A DNA stretch of 64,000 nucleotides from Nitrospinaceae bacterium (GTDB lineage: Bacteria; Nitrospinota; Nitrospinia; Nitrospinales; Nitrospinaceae): positions 2,752,001 through 2,816,000 of the forward strand of contig OZ245011.1 of assembly GCA_965223665.1 (NCBI GenBank), read 5' to 3'. The notes below the pieces were generated by a model that saw only the letters and a program-made list of their open reading frames with translations, did no database searches and had not been told where the DNA came from. Made by a program: the position numbers and the translations under genes. Below, piece after piece: positions 10,068 to 20,129 of this stretch (positions are counted from its first letter, which is position 1; each line of letters begins with the position of its first letter).

Positions 10068-10931
10068 GTGGCTTTAGTTAATATGAAACCGTCAAAATTG
10101 GGTTTGCTAATTAAAAAGCTTTGCATTATTCTTTTGTTTCCCTCATTGGTTTCGGCACATGGAGATTTACACCAACGCATCCAAATCTTAACTAATAAAA
10201 TAAAAATTGATAATAAAGATCCTGAGTTATTTTTAAAACGAGCTGAACTTTACCGGCAACATCAGGAATGGAATTCAGCAATTAGAGACTTTAAAAAGGT
10301 CCGTGAATTAAAACCCCAACACCCATTACTTTCTTATTTATTCGGAAAGTTATTAATTGAAGCAAATAAACCTCTTGAAGCTAAAAAAGAATTAGATCAA
10401 TTTATTAAACTTAATCCCAATCATGGACCCGCCTTTTTATATCGAGCACGAACCTGGGTTAAGTTGAAAAATAATAAAGAAGCTGAGAAAGATTATAATC
10501 AGGCCATTCAGTTTTTTACTCCTCCCGAACCCGATCTATATTTAGAGCGAGCCAATATTGTTTTCTCAATGGGAAAACCATTTAAAGAAAGAGCGGTACA
10601 GGGATTGGATGAAGGAATAAAAAACATAGGCCCCATTGTTACCTTAATTAATCAAGCCATCCAATTTGAAAGGGAAATCGGAAAATATAATCAGGCTATC
10701 CAACGAATCGAACTTTTGCCTGTAAAGTTAAAGTCCCATCCTTTTTGGCTGAACATCAAAGGTGATATATTAATTGAGGCGGGAAAAAACGAAGAAGCAA
10801 AACATACTTTTTCTTTAGCATTGGAAAAGATCAAAAATTTCTCTTCAAGGCGCAAACAAACCAAAGCAACCCAAAAACTTGAAGAAGAAATACAGCAAAA
10901 ATTAAAAAGCATAAACCCATCAAAAAAATAA
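10068..10931 (+). CDS. Secreted tetratricopeptide-repeat protein with predicted mature N-terminus HGDLH
   Basis: Signal peptide ending VSA followed by HGDLHQRI; several TPR-like helical pairs. Start could alternatively be the ATG at 10083. Confidence 0.85.
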   Translation: MALVNMKPSKLGLLIKKLCIILLFPSLVSAHGDLHQRIQILTNKIKIDNKDPELFLKRAELYRQHQEWNSAIRDFKKVRELKPQHPLLSYLFGKLLIEANKPLEAKKELDQFIKLNPNHGPAFLYRARTWVKLKNNKEAEKDYNQAIQFFTPPEPDLYLERANIVFSMGKPFKERAVQGLDEGIKNIGPIVTLINQAIQFEREIGKYNQAIQRIELLPVKLKSHPFWLNIKGDILIEAGKNEEAKHTFSLALEKIKNFSSRRKQTKATQKLEEEIQQKLKSINPSKK

Positions 10932-10932
10932 A

Positions 10933-12390
10933 ATGTCCTTGGATAACCCATCCAGCCCGGTAGTGCATCCCTATGAATTGTTAGGTCACTCCTTAAAAAG
11001 CGAGTACGATTATTATCCAGAAGTCGAAGGATCCCTTCCCAAGGAAATTCAAGGTAACCTTTATAGAAACGGCCCAGGGTTATTTGATCGTGATGGATAC
11101 TTTAAGCAACATTTGCTGGATGGAGATGGAATGATTCAAAAGTTCCATTTCCACAATAATCAAGTTCATTATCAAAATCGATTTGTAAAAACAGAAAAGT
11201 TTCATAAAGAAAATACCAAAGAAAAATTCCTTTTCCCCACTTGGACAACCTTAGCACCCAATTGGTTTAATAACCTTCCTGGATTTCCATCAAAATCACA
11301 AGCAGGAGTGACCACATTAGTAAAAAACAAAAGGTTACTCGCCTTTGATGAAGTCAACCCTCCCTATGAACTAGATCTTAATTCTCTGGAAACACTTGAG
11401 GAGTTTTTCCCCGATGTTGGTGATGTAAATTATCGTTACTCATTAAAAGCACATACAAAAACTGATGGGATTACCGGTGATTGGATTTTAGTGGGAGTAG
11501 AACCAAAGTTTTTTCATATCTTGATTAATGATAAATATGGAAAACTAAAAACTCACAAAATCGTCAAAACTCCACGATTGACTTATTTGCATGATTTTTT
11601 TGCAACTCCCAATTACGTGATATTCCTTTTACATCCAATAAAAATTTCTTTATTTAATTTTTTTTCAATCCTTACCGGCTTTAAAAGCCTAACGGATGGC
11701 CTTGAGTGGAAACCCGAACTGGGAAACTTGATAATGGTAGTACCAAAGGATGGGAAAGATTCTTTGAAAACTTTTGAGGCCTCATCTTCCTTCATGTGGC
11801 ATAGTCTTAATGCTTTTGAAAGAGAAGAAGAAATTTTTGCAGATTTTGTTGGATATGATAACCCTGATCATTTTATTGGATTAAAACCTCAACTAAAATC
11901 CATTATGACAGGTGAAATAGGAACTGCAAATTACTCTGGAAATTTTCGACGCTATAGAATTAACGTTAATTCTAATACCCTTCATGAGGAAATATTGGAC
12001 TCGGAAAACTTCGAATTTCCTTCCATTAATCCAAGGCGATCCTGCTACCAACATCCTTTTGGATACTTCACAACATCAAAAGTTTCCACAATATTTCATA
12101 ATGGATTGGCAAAAATAGACCTTAACACAGGAAAAAAAGATACTTTTTATTTTGACAATAAAACTCATGTTGGAGAGCCTATTTTTGTCCCGAAATCTAT
12201 AAAAAAAATACAACGTGAAGAACAAAATGATACTGGATGGATTTTTACCCTTGCTTTAGACGGGTTGACTCAAAAAAGTTTTTTGGCAGTTTTTGATGGG
12301 GATAATTTATCATCCGGACCTATTGCAAAAATTTTATTAACCCATCATACTCCTTTAAGTTTCCATGGATGGTGGGAACCCACATTTTAA
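10933..12390 (+). CDS. Carotenoid oxygenase / lignostilbene dioxygenase family (RPE65 superfamily)
   Basis: GNLYRNGPG, HLLDGDGM, EFPSIN and GEPIFVP motifs. Four Fe-ligand His in AHTK, LHDF, WHSLNAFE and FHGWW. Confidence 0.93.
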   Translation: MSLDNPSSPVVHPYELLGHSLKSEYDYYPEVEGSLPKEIQGNLYRNGPGLFDRDGYFKQHLLDGDGMIQKFHFHNNQVHYQNRFVKTEKFHKENTKEKFLFPTWTTLAPNWFNNLPGFPSKSQAGVTTLVKNKRLLAFDEVNPPYELDLNSLETLEEFFPDVGDVNYRYSLKAHTKTDGITGDWILVGVEPKFFHILINDKYGKLKTHKIVKTPRLTYLHDFFATPNYVIFLLHPIKISLFNFFSILTGFKSLTDGLEWKPELGNLIMVVPKDGKDSLKTFEASSSFMWHSLNAFEREEEIFADFVGYDNPDHFIGLKPQLKSIMTGEIGTANYSGNFRRYRINVNSNTLHEEILDSENFEFPSINPRRSCYQHPFGYFTTSKVSTIFHNGLAKIDLNTGKKDTFYFDNKTHVGEPIFVPKSIKKIQREEQNDTGWIFTLALDGLTQKSFLAVFDGDNLSSGPIAKILLTHHTPLSFHGWWEPTF

Positions 12391-12460
12391 CTTTAAAAAT
12401 TCGCTTATTAATTCAAAGACGTAAATTTTTTTTATAAACCCTTATTATTTTTTCTATGTT

Positions 12461-13567
12461 ATGACCAAACCATTAGTCACTGTTGATGCAAGGATGGTGG
12501 GAAATAAGACACATGGAATTTCTAAATTTGTTCAATACATCGCTCAAGGTTTAAGCCAACTAAACAGTATCAACCCTCTTAATTACCGATTACATTTTTT
12601 ATCGAATAAGAAAACTAACATTTCTGAGTTTTTTAATAATTTTGAATTTTCTTATATTGAAACTCCATTTCTAAATGTAAAAGAAATTTTTACCCTCCCA
12701 TCAGAAATAAAAAAATTGGGGACCCGACTATATCATTCTCCCAGCATTTCTAGCCTACTTTATAGTCCTTGTCCTTACATCCAAACCATTTATGATCTTA
12801 ATCATTTACATTTTGGAACTTTTACAAAAAAACTTTATTATCATACTTTATTAAAAAGATTTGCTAAAAATTCAAAAAAAATAATTACGGTTTCTGAAAC
12901 ATCAAGGACAGAAATTGAAGAATGGTTATGCATTCCTCCAGGTAAAATAAAAACTGTACCCTGCGCTTTAGAACAAAATTGGAAAAAATCCTCTCAAAAT
13001 GAAATTAACCATTACCTAAAATCGCTGGATCTTAAATTTGGTAAGTACTTTTTTTCCTTAGGAAATGAAAAAAACCATAAGAATTTTCCCTTTCTATTTA
13101 AATGCTTTGAAAACTTTTATAAGAAACACGAAAACCTGGAAATTTGGCCCCTTGTTACCAATTTAGAGACTCGCCTCGCCAAGGGAAAGAATATTATTTC
13201 TCTTACGGAATTGAGTGATTCTGAAGTACAGCTTTTAATGGCCGGAGCAGGTGCTTTTGTCGCTCCTTCTTTATATGAGGGATTCGGATTAACTCCCCTA
13301 GAAGCTGTACTTCAAGGAACTACCACAATTCTTTCCGATATTCCAAGTCATCGAGAAAGTTTACGTTCATTTGATGACCCGGGAATAATATTTTTAAATC
13401 CTAAAAATAATTTAGAGTGGGAAAAGACTTTTGAGAAAACTTTAATAGGAAAAATTCCCAAACCTCAACAAACAACTCTAGAAGGGATTCAGCAAAAATA
13501 TTCATTAAACAATTTTGCGAAATCTATAGATGGTATTTATCAGGAAGCATTATTTAATCTTGCTTAA
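12461..13567 (+). CDS. Glycosyltransferase family 4 (GT-B)
   Basis: DAR...HGI N-terminus, TIYDL, TVSE, HKN and PSLYEGFGL.PLEA motifs. Confidence 0.92.
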   Translation: MTKPLVTVDARMVGNKTHGISKFVQYIAQGLSQLNSINPLNYRLHFLSNKKTNISEFFNNFEFSYIETPFLNVKEIFTLPSEIKKLGTRLYHSPSISSLLYSPCPYIQTIYDLNHLHFGTFTKKLYYHTLLKRFAKNSKKIITVSETSRTEIEEWLCIPPGKIKTVPCALEQNWKKSSQNEINHYLKSLDLKFGKYFFSLGNEKNHKNFPFLFKCFENFYKKHENLEIWPLVTNLETRLAKGKNIISLTELSDSEVQLLMAGAGAFVAPSLYEGFGLTPLEAVLQGTTTILSDIPSHRESLRSFDDPGIIFLNPKNNLEWEKTFEKTLIGKIPKPQQTTLEGIQQKYSLNNFAKSIDGIYQEALFNLA

Positions 13568-13755
13568 CTAAAATAAAACTTTAAGAGTTTTACAACCCAT
13601 AAAATTAAAAAAGCCCAAAATCCTGCCACCGCAATTTTAAAAAAAATGTTCTCCCAGTATTTACTCAATGGTGAGATTAATAAAGCTACCAAAAACAATA
13701 AAAGGAGAACACCTGTAATATAATAGTTGGGGACATCCCAGCCAAATTCGGGCAT
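13564..13755 (-). CDS. Small hypothetical membrane protein (two hydrophobic helices)
   Basis: 63-aa ORF with two TM-like stretches filling the gap between genes. Confidence 0.5.
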   Translation of the reverse strand: MPEFGWDVPNYYITGVLLLLFLVALLISPLSKYWENIFFKIAVAGFWAFLILWVVKLLKFYFS

Positions 13756-13870
13756 AACAAATCATTATTGAATTTATCATTCAAAATACGCTGGGTTCAA
13801 TTTTACAGAAAACTATTTAGCAAAGGTGGGAAAATTAATTTATTTCATAGAGATTTATTGATTTTTGAAA

Positions 13871-14725
13871 CTATACATCATAGAAGTTTTTTAGAGTAAT
13901 ATCCAATTGTGATCTTACAAAAGATTGAATGTTTTCCAAATGCTTCCGATTCATTCCAGCGATTTTAATAGCTTTTTTATCTAATTCTGGAACTCCGGAT
14001 TCACCTGCTGTTCCCAATTTCATTTCATAAACAATAATATCAGCTAAATGAACTACGGATGCATGGAGAGAATGATTTTCGGCTTCGGAGGGTTTGTGAT
14101 GATAAAGAACAGCCTCCACAAGAGTAGAGGGCAAACCCCATTCTTCAAATATTCGCGCGCCAATTTCATTATGAGTGAATCCTAATATTTCTTTTTCAAT
14201 AGTTGCAATAGGCTTTTTTGATTCCCGACAGATAGATAGGACTTCCATGGCTTCATCTGGTAATTCCTTATAAATTATCAGACTTCCCACATCGTGAAAC
14301 AACCCAGCAAGATAATAGGGTTCTAATTGCCCTTCTTCTCTGGTTTGAGCTAGTGTTCGTGCAGCCAACGCACAGGCCACACTGTGCATCCAAAATGTTT
14401 GCATGTCCACAAGATTTCTTGAAATTCCATGGAATTGCTTTACCATAGTGGTCGCAAGAACAAGTTCGGTGAGATTATCAACACCAATAACGTTTATAGC
14501 ATGCGTAATGCTTTCAACTTTTGATTCAAAACTAAAAAAAGCGCTGTTGGCAATTCTCAGCAAACGAGCAGCAAGATTTGGGTCGGCTAGAATAATATCC
14601 GCAAAATCCTGAAAGGAAACTTCAGGATCTTCCAAGGCTTTTTGAAGTTTATAAAAAACAAGCGGAGGAGACCCGGCCCACTCAGACACTAATTCATTTA
14701 ATTTTATATTTGATGATGTTGTCAT
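13871..14725 (-). CDS. HDOD-domain signalling protein
   Basis: DPNLAARLLRIANSAFF, FWMHSVAC, GLFHDVG, GFTH..IG...EEWGLP motifs. Confidence 0.92.
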   Translation of the reverse strand: MTTSSNIKLNELVSEWAGSPPLVFYKLQKALEDPEVSFQDFADIILADPNLAARLLRIANSAFFSFESKVESITHAINVIGVDNLTELVLATTMVKQFHGISRNLVDMQTFWMHSVACALAARTLAQTREEGQLEPYYLAGLFHDVGSLIIYKELPDEAMEVLSICRESKKPIATIEKEILGFTHNEIGARIFEEWGLPSTLVEAVLYHHKPSEAENHSLHASVVHLADIIVYEMKLGTAGESGVPELDKKAIKIAGMNRKHLENIQSFVRSQLDITLKNFYDV

Positions 14726-14828
14726 GATTTAATAAGTACTTTTAGGATAACAGAATTTTTTCCAATGAAAATACCCTAAATTATCTATTTTATTGATTTT
14801 AAAGCAGTTAATCTAGTCAAAGATATTT

Positions 14829-15701
14829 ATGTTTGTATTAAAAGACCTTAAAAAAGGCCCTTCTAAATGGGTTTATATTTGGATTTCCATTTTTTATTTT
14901 TCCTTAAGTGGGACCATTTTTGCAAAAACCATTGGAGAAATTTCCCCTACAAAGGAGATTCCAAAAATGTCAATTATTTCTGGTGGAAGTTACTCTGCAG
15001 GATTTAACCCCAAATTGGCTTATCAACTATGCCAAAAACAACATCCGAATAATTGCAAATTAAAATGGTTTAAAGACGAAAAGCCTATTCGAAAAATTTT
15101 TATCTCCTCATTCTATATAGACCAATTCGAAGTAACACAAAAAGAATATTCTAAAATAATGGGGAAAAACCCCTCTTCAGTCAAAGGAGACAATTTACCC
15201 GTTCACAATGTGACATGGCATGAATCAAAGAAATATTGCCAAAAAGTTAATAAGAGGTTGCCTACCGAAGCCGAATGGGAAAAAGCTGCCAAGGGCGGAA
15301 CTGATTCTATATTTCCCTGGGGAAATGAGATGATTTCCTATCGCGCAAACTTTTGTGACAAAACTTGTCTAAAAAGATGGAATGAAGATAATTTCAATGA
15401 TGGTTTTGCACATGTCGCTCCAGTTGGAACTTTCCCTTCAAATAACTTCAATCTTTACGATATGGTTGGCAACGTGTATGAATGGGTAGAAGATTGGTAT
15501 TCTGCAGACTCTTATAATACTCGCCCAACCAAAAATCCATTAGGCCCCAAAAAAGGTTCTTATAAAGTTATGAGAGGGGGTTCATGGATTAATTATTCTG
15601 TGGGCACTCGTCCTGCTGACCGAACCGACACTAAACCCAATGAACGTTTGGATTTTGTTGGCTTTCGCTGCGCCAAGTCAATTACACAAAAGGATCAGTG
15701 A
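14829..15701 (+). CDS. Secreted formylglycine-generating-enzyme (SUMF1/FGE-sulfatase) family protein
   Basis: F.ID.FEVT, RLPTEAEWEKAA.GG, NLYDM.GNV.EW, RGGSW, GFRC motifs; N-terminal signal peptide. Confidence 0.9.
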   Translation: MFVLKDLKKGPSKWVYIWISIFYFSLSGTIFAKTIGEISPTKEIPKMSIISGGSYSAGFNPKLAYQLCQKQHPNNCKLKWFKDEKPIRKIFISSFYIDQFEVTQKEYSKIMGKNPSSVKGDNLPVHNVTWHESKKYCQKVNKRLPTEAEWEKAAKGGTDSIFPWGNEMISYRANFCDKTCLKRWNEDNFNDGFAHVAPVGTFPSNNFNLYDMVGNVYEWVEDWYSADSYNTRPTKNPLGPKKGSYKVMRGGSWINYSVGTRPADRTDTKPNERLDFVGFRCAKSITQKDQ

Positions 15702-16699
15702 AAAACTGCAGGACGCCGCAGATAAATAATCGTAACGAGAACCAAAAGAAAAAATACCCAGAAAAATATATATAAACTCATGGATTGACGAGCCTTCTTT
15801 TTTTCCAACCATGTACGCGGCTTGATTCCTTTTGCAAGAAACGCAACTTTTGCAGCCAGGTTTACCGAGACAATATTTGCTGCTAAAAGCAACCCTGCAT
15901 TTGTGGCTAAATCAAATTTTTGGGCTCCCAACATTATTCCCATCGTAGCCGTAGGGGGAAGCAACGCCACTGCGACCATCACTCCCACCAAAACACTAGG
16001 TAATCCAGTAGACATAGAAATTACGGCAGCAGCCCCAGAAGCCATAGCTAAAGCAATAGAGTCTAAGCCCACTTCGGTCCGGGATAGCAATTCACGGCTT
16101 TCAAGATGTAGAGGCCACAAGATTCCTATTATTACTGATAATACAAGCGCAATGGCCAAACCGGTCAACCCTGTTTTCAAGGATTTCCACATTAAATCCA
16201 TATCCCCTAAAGCAGTGGAAAAAGCTAAGGCAATGTTTGGCCCTAATAAAGGAGCAATTACCATAGCACCGATGACCACTGCCACATTATCCTCTAGTAA
16301 TCCAATGGCAACTACTATTGTGGATAAAATGACCAAAACTGTATAAGTATTATTTAGGTTAGAATTGGCTGCAATTTGGTTGTAGAGTTCTTCTCTTGTA
16401 GTAATAACGTTTTTACCTTTTTTGCCTTTTTTACCATTTTCTCCATTATTTTCCTCAAGGCGAGGCAAAGCCGCTTCTGGGGCCAAAACAATTATTTTAG
16501 CAGTTTGACTATTTCCCAACGCCCCCTGAAGAGCGTCCAGCAATTCTTGTCTTTTTTCGTTTCCCACTAAAATGCGAATATAGCAGGTACCATCCTCACT
16601 TTTATGCCCCGTCCAAACAAAAGCCACATCATGGTGCTCCGCAATTGTCGTAATAATGTCCTGGTAGCTAATGTCAGCAAACACTTCTACGATCTTCAT
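15695..16699 (-). CDS. TIGR00341/DUF389 family membrane protein
   Basis: VVIGAMVIAPLLGP and GVMVAVALLPP motifs. Confidence 0.88.
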   Translation of the reverse strand: MKIVEVFADISYQDIITTIAEHHDVAFVWTGHKSEDGTCYIRILVGNEKRQELLDALQGALGNSQTAKIIVLAPEAALPRLEENNGENGKKGKKGKNVITTREELYNQIAANSNLNNTYTVLVILSTIVVAIGLLEDNVAVVIGAMVIAPLLGPNIALAFSTALGDMDLMWKSLKTGLTGLAIALVLSVIIGILWPLHLESRELLSRTEVGLDSIALAMASGAAAVISMSTGLPSVLVGVMVAVALLPPTATMGIMLGAQKFDLATNAGLLLAANIVSVNLAAKVAFLAKGIKPRTWLEKKKARQSMSLYIFFWVFFLLVLVTIIYLRRPAVFH

Positions 16700-16803
16700 A
16701 AAACTCCTTCAATAACATTTGGCCAATAAGCGAACTAAGTTAGTACTCCTGACTGGCTATTTTAAAAGCAAAAATGTATTTTTGAAAATTAAAATTAGGG
16801 TAG

Positions 16804-16844
16804 AAAAAAATAAAAAACCAGGAGAGATAAATCTCTCCTGGTTT
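16804..16844 (-). terminator. Intrinsic terminator of the MCP gene
   Basis: Perfect inverted repeat AAACCAGGAGAGAT/ATCTCTCCTGGTTT (16815-16844) followed on the minus strand by a T-rich tract. Confidence 0.88.
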
Positions 16845-16878
16845 AATTAAAATGATCACCACTTTTGAAAAGTGATTA

Positions 16879-19629
16879 TTAAACTTTAAATCGACTCACC
16901 AATCTTTGTAGTTCACTGGCCATGGTTGATAAGTCTCCAGAAGCAACTTTTGTTTCGCCGGCACCTTCAGAGGTACTGCTGGCAGCTTTTGCCACACCCG
17001 CAATGTTTTGGGCGATTTCTCCACTACCTCGAGCTGCTTCAGAAACACTACGACTCATTTCTGCCGTGGTCGCCGTTTGTTCCTCTACCGAACTAGCAAT
17101 GGTGTTAGAGATATCATTGATCTGGTTAATAATGGAAGTGATTTCACCAATAGCATCTACGGACTCCTGAGTGCTTTGTTGAATGTCCTGTATTTTACTA
17201 CTAATGTCATCCGTAGCTTTGGCTGTCTGATTTGCTAATTCTTTTACCTCGTTGGCAACAACTGCAAATCCCTTACCTGCCTCACCAGCACGAGCCGCTT
17301 CGATAGTAGCATTTAAGGCAAGTAAATTAGTTTGCTCTGCAATCGAAGTGATCACCTTAATGACCTGTCCGATTTCTGAACTGCTTTCGCCAAGTTTTTG
17401 GATCGTATTATTAGTACTTTCTGCTAATTTGACCGCGGTAGAAACTACATGAGCAGCATCATTCGCATTTTTGGCAATTTCTTTAATACTGGCACTCATT
17501 TCCTCCGTTCCTGTAGCAACCGTATCTACATTTTTGCTCACTTCTTCTGAAGCAGCAGATACCACCGTTGCTTGAGATGAGGTTTCATCTGCATTAGCAA
17601 CCATTTGTTGACTCACTAATGATAATTGCTCAGAAGAGCCGGTTAAAGAAGTTGCGTTTTGATTAATTTTAGAAATGCTATCCCGAAGATCTGTGAAGAA
17701 AGTAGATAAACCTTCCCCAATTTTTCCGATAGCATCTTCACCTTTCACCGGAACATCTTGCGTCAAATCACCAGTAGCAGCTGCCTGAACGAAATCCAAC
17801 ATGTGGTCCACTTTAGTTTTAAGTTTCTCAGCCTCTTCTCTTTCTTTTTCAGCTCTTTCTTTTTGACGCTTTTCCTCAGCAACTTTCTCAGTAATTACTT
17901 CCCAAGCCATCATGGCACCCAGGTATTCCTGATTCTTGTCAAAAATAGGTGAAACCTCAATGGAAAGAATTTCTGGACCTAATTGAATGGTAGCTTCATG
18001 AGGTAAGTTAGATGGGTCTCCAACAATTTTGGCAATCCGATTCGGATCCTTATGAAACACATCCATAGATTGACCTACAATCTGATTAGATGGAACAGGT
18101 AGAAGCTTTTCTAAAGAACCTAAAGTCTTTTGTGCATAAGGATTCATATATTGTATTTTTCGATCCGTACCTGCAAAAAGAATATTAATTGGTGCATTTT
18201 CAACAATGGAATTGATCCTTGCCGCTTCACGGTCCGCCTCTTCTTTCGCTTTCGCTTGGTCCAACATACCTTCCAAAGAATTCTTGAAATCTCCTTCAAC
18301 ACCAAATTGAGTGACTTGGGTATTACCATTCAAAATATTCTCAGTATGTTTAATGAACTTTTGAAGTCCTTCAAGCAGTTCATTACAAGACCTGCTAAGC
18401 ACACCCATTTCATCCTGGGAATTCACCATTAAAGTATCTTGTCTCAAATCACCTTTGGAAGCACCCCCCAATACAGTAGATATTTTTTGGATAGGCTGAA
18501 TCATTACCTTGGTTAAAAAGAAGGCAATACCAATTAAAAGAACCATAGTAATGATGGTGGAAACGTTCACAGCCCAGCTAATGTTCTCTTGATTTTTGGC
18601 GGCAATGCCAGAGAAAATATCTACTAAATCGTTGGAAACTTTCCTCAATTTATTAGAACTATCCATCAATTCAGCTCGAGCCTCTCGATAGGGGGTGGAA
18701 TTCACTTCAGAGTTTAAAAGTTTATCCACAAACTGAGTGAAATGATTAAACTCTGTTTCAGCCGCAACAACAGAAGATTGAAACTCAGAGTGTTCTACCC
18801 TTTGAATGGATTTCTTTTCCGTCATTTTTAGATTTGCCGGATAAGAGCCACCTGATTTTACCGCACTTAATGTTTCTCCGAATATGGTTTTAGCAGTTTC
18901 ATATTCAGATAAATCGGCATTTAATTCACTTCTTCCAAACGCAATGTTTTCTGAAAATACCAACTGGTATCTTCGTATTCCTAAAATGTCACCCACCTTA
19001 AACTGGGTCCCCATCATTGCGGAATGACAACCAGCACAGGCTTTAACTACGGCTCGATCAGCGGTATATAATCCCATATAAAGCTTTCCTTTATCCTCAT
19101 AAAATTCGCTGAAAACTTTATCGGGATTTGCTTTTAGATATTTGTTTGCTTTTTGATCTAATGGGGTTTTTAGTTTTTGATTCTTATTAATAGGGTTTTC
19201 TGAAATAATTTGGACATTAAAATCTCTGCCTTTTCCAAATTTTTCATTCACCACCCGGGTGAAAGTAGCGGGAAAAGGAACTGCTGGGTGAGTTTCTTTA
19301 GAAGGATCCATACTGATCCCCAGGTCAATCTTTTTAGCTGTTTTGATAACCTGCTGGGTATAAGTTCCTCGCATTTTTGTAATGTAATTATCTAAGGAGG
19401 CAATTTGTTGTTCAATAGTTTTTACGCGGCTTTTTGCCGTTGAATATCCTAAGGCCGACTTTGCCATCGCTTGAGTAAGCATGCGTTGCCGACCCAAAAT
19501 GCTTGTTATTTTATTATCTTCACCAGCTGATTCCAATGAGTCCCGAATCACCCAGCCAGAAGCTAAAACAATAAGGAACATTACCGCAAACATTCCATAG
19601 ACTTTGTACTTGATTGACAAATTTTTCAC
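16879..19629 (-). CDS. Methyl-accepting chemotaxis protein with PilJ/NarX-like and heme-c (DUF3365-like) periplasmic sensor, HAMP and PAS
   Basis: Two TM helices; [16 protein letters not shown] with DVFHKDP; signalling hairpin [33 protein letters not shown] start at 19629 after an AGGGGG RBS-like site. Confidence 0.92.
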   Translation of the reverse strand: MKNLSIKYKVYGMFAVMFLIVLASGWVIRDSLESAGEDNKITSILGRQRMLTQAMAKSALGYSTAKSRVKTIEQQIASLDNYITKMRGTYTQQVIKTAKKIDLGISMDPSKETHPAVPFPATFTRVVNEKFGKGRDFNVQIISENPINKNQKLKTPLDQKANKYLKANPDKVFSEFYEDKGKLYMGLYTADRAVVKACAGCHSAMMGTQFKVGDILGIRRYQLVFSENIAFGRSELNADLSEYETAKTIFGETLSAVKSGGSYPANLKMTEKKSIQRVEHSEFQSSVVAAETEFNHFTQFVDKLLNSEVNSTPYREARAELMDSSNKLRKVSNDLVDIFSGIAAKNQENISWAVNVSTIITMVLLIGIAFFLTKVMIQPIQKISTVLGGASKGDLRQDTLMVNSQDEMGVLSRSCNELLEGLQKFIKHTENILNGNTQVTQFGVEGDFKNSLEGMLDQAKAKEEADREAARINSIVENAPINILFAGTDRKIQYMNPYAQKTLGSLEKLLPVPSNQIVGQSMDVFHKDPNRIAKIVGDPSNLPHEATIQLGPEILSIEVSPIFDKNQEYLGAMMAWEVITEKVAEEKRQKERAEKEREEAEKLKTKVDHMLDFVQAAATGDLTQDVPVKGEDAIGKIGEGLSTFFTDLRDSISKINQNATSLTGSSEQLSLVSQQMVANADETSSQATVVSAASEEVSKNVDTVATGTEEMSASIKEIAKNANDAAHVVSTAVKLAESTNNTIQKLGESSSEIGQVIKVITSIAEQTNLLALNATIEAARAGEAGKGFAVVANEVKELANQTAKATDDISSKIQDIQQSTQESVDAIGEITSIINQINDISNTIASSVEEQTATTAEMSRSVSEAARGSGEIAQNIAGVAKAASSTSEGAGETKVASGDLSTMASELQRLVSRFKV

Positions 19630-19784
19630 AAAAACCCCCTTCAAGTTTATAACGATCGAGCTATTTTCTTAATTAAATGACATATTTAAAACAAAATGGC
19701 CATTTAATCCCTATATTTTGAATTCAGAAATCAGAGTTCAAAAATTACTTTAAAAATTACGGAAATTGGGAAGCGATATAAACG

Positions 19785-19800
19785 TGCAAACTTTATTCCT
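19785..19800 (-). promoter_or_regulatory. Candidate sigma-54 (-24/-12) promoter for the MCP gene
   Basis: Minus strand reads aGGaataaagtttGCa (GG-N10-GC with TTGCA), about 155 nt upstream of the start. Confidence 0.35.
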
Positions 19801-20129
19801 TTTCCTAAGTTTATGGTTTTTGAAAAATTTTGTGTTTGGAGGACTTAAAATTAATTTCAGCACCTAATTTAGGGGATTGTAGGGAATTCCAAGATTATAA
19901 AAAATCCTCTATACGGGTTTCCGTGAAAATTAATGTAATTTAAGTAATTTCAATTCCCTTATTTTGCTCTAGAAAGTCAAGTAGTTAGACAAAGCTATTG
20001 GAGGGGTTCAAAATGTGGCTTTATTCTTTAAAACCAAATCTCTTTTCTAAATTAGAAATTTTGATGGGGCAGTAATTTTTATAAACTTCAAATTCAGAAT
20101 AAGGAATTTTATTTATTGGTTTTTTGAAA

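Noticed and set aside
15560-15701. 3' end of the FGE (CLec-fold) gene as a DGR variable region
   Set aside because: No second copy (template repeat) or RT was seen in the window.
15822-16346. 174-aa plus-strand ORF, and similar antisense ORFs over the MCPs, ftsK and amt (e.g. 63302-63769)
   Set aside because: They lie wholly opposite well-supported genes and show mirror-codon composition.
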